A stretch of 64,000 nucleotides of DNA from Isurus oxyrinchus (Eukaryota). A program made the translations under genes and the position numbers. Location: positions 248,001 through 312,000 of the forward strand of contig JANJGN010000150.1 of the NCBI GenBank assembly GCA_026770705.1, written 5' to 3'. The notes below the pieces were generated by a model, which did not search any database, had not been told where the DNA came from, and was given only the letters and a program-made list of their open reading frames with translations. Positions 24,501 to 34,639 of the stretch are shown here, in pieces (position 1 is the first letter of the stretch; the number at the start of each line of letters is the position of its first letter).

Positions 24501-27246
24501 ATCTGTGATGCTGGGACCCTCTGGAGGAGGCCGAGATGGAGCATCCACTCAGCACTTCTGGCTGAACATGGTTGCCAATGCTTCAGCCTTGTCGTTTGCA
24601 CTGATGTGCTGAGCTCCCCCATCATTAAGGATGGGGATATTTGTGGAACATCCTCCTCCTGTTAGATCTTTAATTGTCCATCACCATTCATGACTGGATG
24701 TGGCAGGACTGCAGAGCTTAGATCTGACCCGTTGGTTGTGGGATCGCTTTGCTCTGTCTATAGCATGTTGTTTCCGCTGTTTGGTGTGTATGTAGTCCTG
24801 TGTGTCACCTCAGCAGCTTGGCACCTCTGTTATATGTGAATCCTCCTTATAGAAACCTGCATGTACATGGATATTATCAATAAATATTACATAGATAAAT
24901 GTTATTTGTATAGACCTTTCATGCATAGACAATATCACTTCACAAGTTCAGAATTACTACATGTACGTAGGGAACCATTCTCAAACTGTACCGGAGTCAT
25001 TCATTGGCTGATTTTACAGGGCGAGATTCAAATGAATGGAAAGCAGGATTGCTTGGAGCTGGAATCTGTTTGAGTGTTGGACTGAGTGGATTCTTCATTT
25101 TCAAGTGTGTGAGAAAGTAAGTGTGAAGGTTTAATTGGTTGTTTTTGAAAATGTTTTCTTCAAACTTCTCTCCTTATAGAAAGAACTTGCATTTCTATAG
25201 CACCTTTCACAACCCAGAACCCTTCACAGCCCCTGAAGAGTTTTGATTTTCACCTACTGTTTAACATCTCATCCAACATTCACTGTTTCACAACTCAGTC
25301 CTGCAACTGGCAGTGTTGACCCGGACCATAAGATACCTTGTGACCTACTGAGGATGTGAAAGGAGCTATATAAATGAAAACCTTTCTTTTGTTAGTGAAT
25401 GCAATCTCTTTCCTTTTTCCATGTTTCATTCACTCTCTCTTATCTCCACTAATGCTCTCCTTCTCATTCTCTCTCTCATTCACTCTCTCTCCAATCTCCA
25501 CTAATGCTCTCCTTCTCATTCTCTCTCTCGTCCTCTTACACGTTGTTCAGTCTCTCACATTTTTAAGGAGCGCTGAGCAACATCTGCTCCTTCAGAAGAT
25601 CCACCTCAACAGCTGGATTGAGCAGTGAATTGAAACGCGCTCAACGACTGCTCAGCTTTACACAGGAATCACGTCACAGAGTCAGGACACAAAGGGTTAA
25701 CAGTTTGTTTACAACACAACACTAAGGCCCTACGTTTCAGTGAAAGGGTTTTCACAATTGTTCCCCAATTCCTGATTTGATTCACAGAGACACATCAACC
25801 CTTTCTCATTAAACATACAGAGGGAGCAGCACAGGAAGAGGTCATTCAGCCCAAGCAGAGCGGGAGGGCAGTTCCTCCCCAGGCGAGCAGTCGGACAGGT
25901 ACTGGGTAAGTAACGGAACGATTGGAATTCACTTCCACCACCAACACCGTCCTTTGTTAATGTTGTGACTTTATAAAGACAGATTCCAATGATTGATGCC
26001 TTTGGAAGATTTCTACTGATTATTGAGATCTGGGTGTGAGGCTCAAGTCTGTTGTACAGAACATCTTTCTGGTTAAATTATGCAGACAGGTTACACACAG
26101 TCTACGATTATATTCACTCGGGTCTAGAAGATTAAGGAGGGATCTAATTGAGGGGTTCAAAATGATTAAACACTCGATAGGGTCGATAGAGAGAAGCTAT
26201 TCCCTCGGGTGGGGGTGAGGGTGGGGGTCGGGTGGAGTCCAGAACAAGGGGGCTGGAACTTCAGATTGGAGCCAGGCCGTTCAGGGGTGATGTCAGGAAG
26301 CACTTCTTCACACAAATGGGAGTGGAAATCTGGAACTCTCTCCCCAATAATCAAACCCAACACCGAATACACATCATGTTGATAGTCACTCTCTCCATTT
26401 CCATCTCTATTACAGAAGAGAGGCGAGGGGAAAGCAGGAATCAAATCGAACCATCGTGTTGATGAATATCGAGGTCCTGTTTATGAAAACTGTGAGCGTG
26501 GTTGGGCTTTGAGGCATCAGGTGAGTCACACACCACAGGATCCCCAGCCTCTCAGCTGCTCCAGTAGCCTGGTTATTGATATGGCTGCTCCAGTCCTGTA
26601 TCTGCAATGTTTTATACAGTCACTCCCAAACCCAACCAAACTCACACCCAACACCATTCAGAATCAATAATCAAACCCCGATCAGAATCAATAATCAAAC
26701 CCCGTTCAGAATCAATAATCAAACCCCGATCAGAATCAATAATCAAACCCCGTTCAGAATCAATAATCAAACCTCGTTCAGTATCAATAATCAAACCCCA
26801 TTCAGAATCAATAATCAATCCCCATTCAGTTTCAATAATCAAACGCCGTTCAGAATCAATAATCAAACCCCGTTCAGAATCAATAATCAAACCCCGTTCA
26901 GATTCAATAATCAAACTCCGTTCAGTATCAATAATCAAACCCCGTTCATTATCAATAATCAAACTCCGTTCATTATCAATAATCAAACACCGTTCAGTAT
27001 CAATAATCAAACCCCGTTCAGTATCAATAATTAATGTATCTATTGTGGGTGGAATTTTCGATTTGGATCAATAATACTAAACACTGATCACTCTGATTGT
27101 CACTCTGATCATTTCTGTTTCTATTACAGCAGAAAGATGAGAAGGATCTGGAAATGAAATCTAACCGCGGAGTCAATCCTGATACAGATGATGATCTTTA
27201 CGCAAACTGTGATTTTGCCAAGGATTCTGTTTATGGGAATTTATAA
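12546..27246 (+). CDS. Gene A: Siglec-like (CD33-related/CD22/MAG family) type I receptor, leader-V-C2-C2-TM-cytoplasmic tail, 8 coding exons, 463 aa
   Basis: Exons 12546-12585, 14114-14482, 15341-15637, 23472-23753, 25020-25116, 25821-25905, 26416-26520, 27130-27246. All have AG/GT boundaries and compatible phases (1,1,1,1,2,0,0). Total 1392 nt = 463 aa + stop. The ectodomain and TM are well supported; the two middle tail exons less so. Confidence 0.8.
13379..13485 (+). repeat. 28-bp tandem repeat (ccttaaacaatgaggatccaaagagatt), about 4 copies
   Basis: Direct periodicity; only the first unit is present in gene B. Confidence 0.85.
14114..14482 (+). CDS. Gene A V-set Ig exon (sialic-acid-binding type)
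   Basis: Siglec hallmarks: N-terminal Trp (QEW), GSCVQIPC, GDCSL and DAGPYFFRIE with the essential Arg. 369 bp, phase 1-1. Confidence 0.95.
14957..14990 (+). ncRNA. Minimal hammerhead ribozyme motif in a Penelope-like fragment (about 14950-15090)
   Basis: CTGATGA-A-GAGTC-atacg-GACTC-GAAACGTT: conserved core, perfect 5-bp stem II, palindromic AACGTT in place of helix III. Confidence 0.6.
15341..15637 (+). CDS. Gene A first C2-set Ig exon
   Basis: DFTDKPTIF..SCTFNTTC..LTW..SVLTLIP..LSCRV. The extra Cys is typical of the Siglec V-C2 interdomain disulfide. 297 bp, phase 1-1. Confidence 0.93.
15850..16115 (+). repeat. 33-bp satellite, short array
   Basis: About 8 tandem units. Confidence 0.9.
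16270..19158 (+). mobile_element. Near-complete degenerate CR1-type LINE ORF2 (AP endonuclease + RT) in a gene A intron
   Basis: LNAHSIWNK..IMETWL, ILDLVMCN, SPGPD, PIFKKG..NYRPVSLTS, YLDFQKAF, FADDT, RPHLEYC. Tail ends in a tggtctta repeat. Frameshifted. Confidence 0.95.
19159..21920 (+). repeat. 33-bp satellite: diverged block, internal duplication of about 590 bp, then homogeneous array
   Basis: Tandem units. The spacer aactgaagtgtctgcctg..ttctcaggg recurs at about 19950, 20540 and 23340. Confidence 0.97.
22925..23340 (+). repeat. 33-bp satellite remnant
   Basis: Tandem units duplicating about 19655-19950. Confidence 0.85.
23472..23753 (+). CDS. Gene A second C2/I-set Ig exon
   Basis: YTPQNLSI..EGNSAVIICSVESFPASNLTW..DTGDYQCVAENEHG. 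ttttcag acceptor, c|gtgagt donor. 282 bp, phase 1-1. Confidence 0.93.
23790..24830 (-). mobile_element. Rearranged CR1/L2-clade LINE fragments (RT and 3' end)
   Basis: Homologous to 38010-39780 and 59795-60240; LDTAKAIGP and AGQRLGTLR motifs. Confidence 0.8.
25020..25116 (+). CDS. Gene A transmembrane exon (uncharged TM)
   Basis: RRDSNEWKAGLLGAGICLSVGLSGFFIFKCVRK. ttttacag acceptor, aa|gtaagt donor, phase 1-2. Confidence 0.88.
25821..25905 (+). CDS. Gene A candidate first cytoplasmic exon (GSSTGRGHSAQAEREGSSSPGEQSDRYW)
   Basis: 85 bp, phase 2-0, open, strong tgg|gtaagt donor. It is the only good bridge I found between the TM exon and the phase-0 tail exons. The same sequence occurs as the 5' exon module elsewhere. 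Confidence 0.5.
26416..26520 (+). CDS. Gene A cytoplasmic exon with VYENC motif
   Basis: KRGEGKAGIKSNHRVDEYRGPVYENCERGWALRHQ. ctattacag acceptor, cag|gtgagt donor. Resembles the terminal exon. Confidence 0.65.
26655..27030 (+). repeat. 24-bp minisatellite (aatcaaaccccgttcagaatcaat), about 16 copies
   Basis: Direct periodicity; 8-aa periodic ORFs. Confidence 0.95.
27130..27246 (+). CDS. Gene A terminal cytoplasmic exon (..DTDDDLYANCDFAKDSVYGNL*)
   Basis: ctattacag acceptor. Open to TAA. Frame and both Tyr are kept in the paralogous exon at 6582-6698. Confidence 0.8.
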   Translation, partial: QKDEKDLEMKSNRGVNPDTDDDLYANCDFAKDSVYGNL

Positions 27247-28366
27247 ACTGAGCAAGAATGAGACACACACAGTGTGGGGAGAATACAGAACGGGAGAATC
27301 ATTCAAAACTCCAATTTACCTTCCTAATATCCACAGGAACTCACTCCCAGGAAATAGATTTAAACCTCTTGTTACAATCTGATGGAATTTCTTCGGAATG
27401 ATCTATCCAGGATGATTGTCTGTGGGTTTCAATTCGAACATCCTCCTTCAGATTTGTCCCTCACTGTTGGAAACATACTTCTCTCCAATCTGATTGTAAA
27501 TGTCTTTAGATATCGTTCGATGATGTACCAGGACAGAACGGACAAATTCAATCCCGTGTCCATGATTATGAGTTAATTTTCATTCTGTTATTCACCTTCC
27601 TGTCTGTCAGTGTTTACAGAATATTCATCAGCCAGTGTAGACTTCAGGAAATGCAGGATCGGTGGATAATTGGAGCAGAGGAGATTGTTAAAATTTACTC
27701 ACCATTTTGTAGTCAAAAGTATTTTCAGATATATATTTGGATTTTACACTTCATCGTTAAAGAGCAAAACTAACAGCAATCCCGGAAACAGGGAAACAAT
27801 TTGATTGGAGATTTGAGAAATTCTCTGCAGCTCAGAGGATAACAGATGTGCTACAGTGCCACCACTGGTGGCAGGACATCATTTCAGCGTGACATGTTTA
27901 CATTGATGTTGCCAATGAACATTGGAAATTATGATGTGAAAAATTGGTTGCAGGTTTACCTTCTTCAATATGTCATGGATGGATGAGACAGCTTTGATAA
28001 CAGAATGAGACAGAGCTGCAATAAACCACCATTTTAGTCTTTCACACTTGGAGAGTACAATGAGCATCCATCCTGAAGGCTGAGTGGATGGGTGGACTGT
28101 GCGATGTGTTACAGATTACAGAGACCAACATCCTTGATCCTGGTTCTGCTCTGTGTTTGATGAGATGCTTGGATAAAAGATTGGGAAAATAAATAATCCT
28201 CCTGCATTAACCTGTAACTGGTCTCTCCTTCTGTCAATGTCGTGAGGAGACAATTGGGTTTGAGGTCCAAAATCAGACATTCTTTGACTGCCAATTGAAT
28301 AGGAACAGGAGGAGGCCATTCAGCCCCCTCGAGCCTGCTACACGGGAACAAGAGGGCACCTGATAC

Positions 28367-28575
28367 AAAAACAGAAAATGCTGGAGAAACTGAGTAGGTC
28401 TGGCAGCATCTGTGGAGAGATAAACAGAATTAACATTTCGAGTCCGTATGACCCTTCTTCAGAGTCTATAAGCAAAAACTCTGTTTCTCTCTCCACAGCT
28501 GCTGCCAGACCTGCTGAGTTAATGCAGCATTTTCTGTTTTTATTTCAGATTTACAGCATCTGCAGTATTTATTTT
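28367..28575. mobile_element. Penelope-like inverted-repeat (hairpin) fragment with a minus-strand hammerhead motif at 28430-28462
   Basis: Arms aaaaacagaaaatgctg..ctgtggagaga and tctctccacag..cagcattttctgttttt. Minus strand reads CTGAAGA-A-GGGTC-atacg-GACTC-GAAATGTT. Confidence 0.65.
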
Positions 28576-28579
28576 TAAT

Positions 28580-29640
28580 GACAGGAGGACATTCAGCCTC
28601 TTGATCCTGTTACACAGGAACAGCAGGAGGCCATTCAGCCCCCTCGAGCCTGTTACACAGGAACAGGAGGAGGCCCATTCAGCCCCCTCGAGCTTGTTAC
28701 ACAGCAAGAGGAGGAGGTCCATTCAGCTACTCAAGCCTATTACACAGGAACAGGATTAGGACAATACAGCCCCTCAAGCCTGTTACACAGGAACAGGAGG
28801 AGGCCCATTCATTCCCTCAAGCCTGTTACACAGGAACAGGAGGAGGACCATTCAGCCACTCAAGCCTCTTACATGAGGACAGGAGAAAGCCCATCAGCCT
28901 CTTGAGCCTATTATACAGGAACAGGAAAAGGACATTCAGTCCCTCAACACCCTTCCACAGGAACAGGAGAGACTCTCAGCCCCTCGAGCCTGTTACCCAG
29001 GAACAGGAAGAGCACATTCAGTCTCTCAACCCACTTACACAGGAATAGGAAACCCATTCAGTCACTCGTGACTGTTACACAGGAACAGGAGGAGGCCCAT
29101 TCAGGCCCCTCGAGCCTGTTACACAGGAACAGGAGGAGGCCCATTCTGTCCCCTTGAGCCTGTTACACAGGTACAGGAGACCCATTCAGCCTCCACAAGC
29201 TTGTTACACAGGAACATTAGGGGCTCCATTCAGCCCCATCAAGCCTGTTACACAGGAACAGGAGGAGGCCATTCAGCCCCTCGAGCCTGTTACACAGGAA
29301 CAGGAGGAGGCCCATTCAGCCCCTCAAGCCTGTTACACAGGAACAGGAGGAGGCCCATTCAGCCACTCAAGCCTGTTACACAGGAACAGGTGGAGGCCCA
29401 TTCAGACCCTCTAACCTGTAACACAGGAACACAAGGAGATCCATTCAGCCCCTCGAGCCTGTTACACAGGAACAGGAGGAGGCCTATTCGGACACTCGAG
29501 CCTGTTACACAAGGACAGGGGGAGGGCATTCAGCACCTGGAGCCTGTTACACAGGAACAGGAGGAGGTCCATTCAGCTACTCACACCTGTTACACAGGAA
29601 CAGGAAGAGGCCCAGTCAACCCCTCGAGCTTGTTGCATGT
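28580..29640 (+). repeat. About 43-bp minisatellite array
   Basis: Same unit as 7790-8475, more diverged. Confidence 0.95.
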
Positions 29641-29674
29641 GAGCAGTCGATGGCCCTTCAACCACATTCTTGGC

Positions 29675-29879
29675 ACGCAAAGGGCTAACAGTTTTCTAAC
29701 AGTGCGAGGCAAAGAGCTGCTTTCACACTTGGTACCAAGCACTTCCAATTTTGTCTCACAGAGACACATCCACCCTTTCTAATTAAACACAAATAGGGAG
29801 CAGCACAGGAAGAGGTCATTCAGCCCAAGCAGAGCGTGTGGGCAGTTCCTCCCCAGGCGAGCAGTCGGACAGGTCCTGG
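29675..29879 (+). promoter_or_regulatory. Putative promoter and non-coding exon 1 of gene C
   Basis: Copy of the 11895-12094 module, followed by the same intron and a leader exon. Confidence 0.55.
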
Positions 29880-30307
29880 GTAAGTAACGGAACGACTGGA
29901 ATTCACTTCCACCACCAACACCGTCCTTTGTTGATGTTGTGACTTTATAAAGACAGATTCCAATGATTGATGCCTTTGAAAGATTTCTACTGATTATTGA
30001 GATCTGGGTGTGAGACTCAAGTCTGTTGTACAGAACATCTTTCTAGCTCAAGGGATGAGGGAAGTGCAGAGACATGAGCTTTGGGGTGTCCTGAGGTGGT
30101 GAAAGGTGCTATAGAAATGCAAATCCTTCATTGTTTGTCTTACTTAAAGACTTGTAACTCTCTGCAGAGCACCTATCATCCCACAGAGAATGAAATTAGT
30201 CTGTGAAGGCATTGTCTAAAAGCAGTTCTGATCTCTCGAGAGCTGTCGGACAAGAGCTGAGGTCTCATTAACTCCTTTCTCTTTCACAGCTTGAGAGTGA
30301 GAAGTGG

Positions 30308-30368
30308 ATGGAATATCTGGGAGTGGACGATGGTCGGGAAATCTACTTCCTCCTGTCACTTCTCCAAG
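30308..30368 (+). CDS. Gene C leader exon (MEYLGVDDGREIYFLLSLLQ from an upstream ATG)
   Basis: The ATG homologous to gene A's (30330) is out of frame after a 1-bp deletion (aaatctac vs aaatcttac). ATG 30308 is in frame with YFLLSLLQ and the phase-1 donor. Confidence 0.55.
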
Positions 30369-31060
30369 GTAATATCATCATCAGCTCGAACAGATTTATG
30401 TTTAACAGTCTTTGTAAAAGATCATTCTTATCTCTTTATCTCTGTAACCTCCTGCAACTCACCCAAACAACTTCCCAGATCTCTGTGTTACTCCAATTCC
30501 GGCCTCTTGACCATCCCCCGATTCCCATCACTCCAATACTGGCGGCCGTGCCTTCAGCTGCCTGGGGCCTGAGCTCTGGAATTCACTCCCTAAACCTCGG
30601 GGATGGAGGAGATCAGAGGGTTTCATTTTACTGACAATCACCACGACAACATCACAGCTGCAGTCAGAATAGACAGAGAGTCCAGCCCTCACACTTCCTG
30701 CACAGTTTCACCATAGCAACCACAATAAAGAAGTAAAATAACTGAAAGTTAAACCGAAGCCAAACCAGTCGGTGTAGAGAGATGAGATGTTTACACAGTT
30801 TCCCTGTGTATCTTGTAGACACTGTGTTGGGTGGAAGACTGGCTTCACTAAACATGGTCCTGAGGACCATGAGCCAATGTAGAATGAACTTGTCCACTCC
30901 TGTGACCAGGATTCTCTTCCATCCATTGTGAAACCTTGGGGAGTTCCTTGTGAGTCCTGTAGATGGTCCACACAGCAGCCACTGTGCCCCAGTGATGGAG
31001 GGAGTGGATATCAAGTCTAGTGGATTGACAAACCATCCAGAGTTAAATATTGACATTTCT

Positions 31061-31090
31061 ATTACCCTGTAACCCGGCTTCATGTTTCTG
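31061..31090 (+). pseudogene. 3' remnant of the gene C V exon
   Basis: Junction tttct|attaccctg removes the acceptor and about 345 bp relative to gene A; donor retained. Confidence 0.9.
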
Positions 31091-31565
31091 GTAAGTGCTG
31101 CGTTATAATTACTCAACAATTCACATTCAACACTCAATGGGAAATAACACTAACTGTGACGTTTACATATTAACACAAAACACAGCTTAATATAACACAC
31201 TGTCTGATTCTCAATAACCTGGTGATAGCTTCCAGTTCAGTCCTAAAGCAACCTCTAATACTCACTTTAATATCAATGATGAAAAGCATTAACTGTATTA
31301 TCAGGTTATCCACTCCCATCAATCTCTCCTGTCCTGTTTAAAAGTCTGACGTATCGATAAAAGAAAGATGTGCATTTCTGCAGCGCAATTTACCACCTCA
31401 GGAGGATCCAAATCCCTTCACAGCCAATGAAATTATTCCTGAATTGTAGTCACAGATGTTAAACACAGCAGGCAGTTTGTGCACAGCAAGATCCAACAAA
31501 CCACAAGGTGATAAATCACCCAGATCACTGAGGAAATGAGAGGCCAGTGAACCCTAACCTCTGGT

Positions 31566-31599
31566 CTGATGAAGAGTCATACGGACTCGAAACGTTAAC
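31566..31599 (+). ncRNA. Minimal hammerhead ribozyme motif (paralog of 14957-14990)
   Basis: Identical CTGATGA..GAAACGTT core and stem II. Confidence 0.6.
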
Positions 31600-31949
31600 C
31601 CTGTCTTCCTCTCCACTGATACTGTCAGACCTGCTGAGCCTTTCCAGCAATTTTTGTTTTTGTTTCAGATTTCCAGCATCTGCAGTATTCTGCTTTTAAC
31701 TCCAATCTCTGGTCTGAGCCTCTTCTCTCATCCAGTGTTCTCAATTCACATGTCTCGGAGTGAACGTGTATTAAGCTGAGAGACAGAAACACTACTGCCA
31801 AAGAGCAAGAAAATCTTTCCTGATCATTGTAACCTCTCAGATCTGATATCATCCTTGTAAAAGTGCTTTCTCTTGTGGGACTGTGATTTCTATTTGAACT
31901 GATGCTTCACGTTATATTTCTCTAAAAGGATCCATTTTCTGTCTGTTAG

Positions 31950-32246
31950 AATTCACAGATAAACCCATGATATTCCCTGCTGAAATTATTGCAGGAAAGC
32001 GTGTGGATGTAAGCTGCACCTTCAACACAACGTGCAATGGAACAGCAGCACCTGTCTTAACCTGGGACACTCCCACTGACGTCCCTGGATCAGTCTCAAA
32101 CACTGTAACTCAGCATGGTGTCACTCTGACCTATACTTCTGTTCTGACCCTGATCCCATCACTCAAACACCACGGACACACTCTCAGCTGCAGAGTGAGA
32201 TATCCATCTGTTTCATCGGAGCGGACCCTCGTACTAACTGTGCAAG
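31950..32246 (+). CDS. Gene C first C2-set exon, intact
   Basis: 297 bp, near-identical to 15341-15637, AG/GT intact. Confidence 0.85.
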
Positions 32247-32570
32247 GTAATTACATGCACCATTCATTCTACATCAGCACTCCCTCAGCGCTGACCCTCT
32301 GACAGTGCAGCCCGTTCTCAGTATCCACATTCTCATGCCTCTCAAAGTGCTTCACAGTCGATAGAAGTTAATTGATCTTTATATGATTATTGCTGAATGA
32401 AGAGACAAGCTGTCTAAAGTTTACATCTCGCACACACCATTCTCCATGGCAACACCGCCACCTATCAGAGACCACTGGCCAACCAATCAGCACTCTCTTC
32501 CCATTAAGTATAAATTGTTGTTCACTTTCTGTTGGTAATCCTGTGAACGGGGTTCTTGATTCCCTCCCTG

Positions 32571-32722
32571 ACATCTTAATGTCCCAATGAACAGAACAAG
32601 TTCCAACAATGAGCTGTGGTTTGTGATTCCTCACGTTACATCCAGGGACACTGGAGACTATCAGTATGTGGCAGAGAATGAACATGGAGCAGTGGAGGGA
32701 TTCATAATCATCACTGTGGAAC
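32571..32722 (+). pseudogene. 3' half of the gene C second C2 exon
   Basis: The 5' half and acceptor are replaced by about 190 bp of unrelated sequence. The F-strand Cys is mutated (DYQYV). Confidence 0.88.
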
Positions 32723-34400
32723 GTGAGTGTACACAGACTTCAACATCTCTCTCAGATTCGAACACTACACAAACACCCTCAAACATACACATCTAAGTAG
32801 ACACATGCAGACACACATATATGACCACACAGAAAGACACACTCACACACAAACACACTAACACACACTCCCCTGTGGGCTACCTGACCTCCCTCAGTAC
32901 TGCCCTGGAGAGTTGGCCTGAATTCTGGGATTTGTGTTCCCATTCATATTTATGCAAGAATATGGAAATTACAAAGTCTATTACAGACAGTCAGATGCAT
33001 AGAGACACTCACAGATACTCTCTGCCTCTCCAACTCTCTCTCTCCCTTTAAGAAGCTTCCTGAAAGCTCACCCTTCGAACAATCACCGGTCCCAAATCCT
33101 CCTTATCTGATTTGTGTGATTTTCTTTGTGTATTTGAGAGTAAGCGAGAGGTGGAGAGGTTTAGGAGGAGAATTCCTGTTGGTGAAAAGCTTACATCATG
33201 TTCTCACCTTTCCAGTGCCCATATTTTACATGATGTCCAATGTCCTTGTTCATAATGGGAATTGCCTATGTAAACATCACGCTGTAGTTACAGTCTCCTA
33301 CCAGTGGTGGCATTGTAGCACTTAATCCTTGTGTTTCCCAGCTTTTCAAGCAACTCCACTTCCCAGTTTGCTCCACAAGCTGTGAGTTCATTGGAATTCA
33401 ATTATTTCTCAAACGGTAGATTTGATGTCATTTTATTGAAAACTTCCTCAGTGCCTCCCTGAAGGGTTGACACTCTCTGGGAAGCAGGAATAGGCTGGAT
33501 GTTGGGGAGTTCATCTTTTCCCAAAGAGTAGTGATCCTCGGGAATGTGCTGTCAGTGGGTGTGGTGGTTGCTGATTCTCTGTCGCCTTCAAGAGGGATCT
33601 GGAGTCATTACTGACTGGGGGAGAGATCATGGAAACGGAGAATGATACAGCACAGGAGGAGGCCATTCAGTCCATTGTGCCTGTGCCAGGTCTTTCAATG
33701 TTCTATCCAATCAGATCCAATAACCACCATTCCAATTTGCCACCATCTTCCTCCTTTAAGTATTTATCCAATTTCCCTTTTGAAAGTTCCTATTGAATCT
33801 GCTTCCACCGCCCTTTCAGGCAGCACCTTCCAGATCACAACAACTCGCTCTGTCAAAACAAATTCTCCTCATCTCCCCCTTCGGTTCGTCAATCTGTGTC
33901 CCTCTGGTTACCGAGCCTCCTGCCCCTTAAGTACATTGATACTGTTCACCTCAACCACTCCCTGTGGGAGCGAGTTCCACATTCTCCCCTCTCTCTGGGT
34001 AAAGATTGGAACTGTTTATTAAGTGAGGCCTGTAAGTCCGTGGGGGAGTCCATCTCGATCCTGCCCGATTCGTACACGCGTCCGAGATGGATTTCCACCC
34101 TGCACTAAACGTTTCCAGAATTTTCTACAGCACAATCCTGTACACAACGATTGGGAGAAACATTGGACAGGGAGTCCAACAGCACAATGATCCATTCTCA
34201 CCAATGTTCCACGCTAAGGGGAAAGTTCCGATTGTCCACTCTTAGAGTGTTTACAATGAAAACATTCATTCCACATTGAATCCCAGTGGATGGGTCAATA
34301 TTACAGCAAATGTTGCAGTGATATGAAGCTTGATTGTTCAGCCAGAGTGAGAGATTGAAAGCGGAGAGTCAGTGATGATTTCTTTCTGTGTGTTCTCTAG

Positions 34401-34540
34401 ACAGTGGAGGAGAGATTCTGCACGTGATCCTGATCCTGGGAATACGAGCTGTGATATTCCTTGTGGCTGTGGTTATCACTATCGCTGGAGTCTGTGTCTG
34501 GGAGAGACAAACAGTGAAAGCAAGTCGACAGACTGTTTGA
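34401..34540 (+). CDS. TM + short-tail terminal exon with an intramembrane Arg (activating-receptor type)
   Basis: ttctctag acceptor, phase 1. Reads SGGEILHVILILGIRAVIFLVAVVITIAGVCVWERQTVKASRQTV*. Arg codon at 34445-34447; no Tyr in the tail. Confidence 0.82.
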
Positions 34541-34639
34541 AGCTTTGTACAGCAACAATCTGGTCAGTCAGTGCGGACAAATAACGTGTGATGTTGGGTT
34601 AAGTTGTAATGAAACTGGTCAGTGTCCTGGTTAGAATCA

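Larger units (their letters stand above)
30308..34540 (+). pseudogene. Gene C: V-deleted activating-type Siglec-like paralog (pseudogene or 165-aa leader-C2-TM product)
   Basis: Leader 30308-30368, V remnant 31061-31090, intact C2 31950-32246, damaged second C2 32571-32722, Arg-TM exon 34401-34540. The surviving exons join in phase 1. Confidence 0.75.

Noticed and set aside
25568-25628. Alternative phase-2 exon after the gene A TM (SAEQHLLL..*)
   Set aside because: Weaker acceptor and early stop, no paralog support. Cannot be fully excluded.
26576-27074. INNQTPFR and SIIKPRSE repeat ORFs
   Set aside because: Translations of the 24-bp intronic minisatellite.
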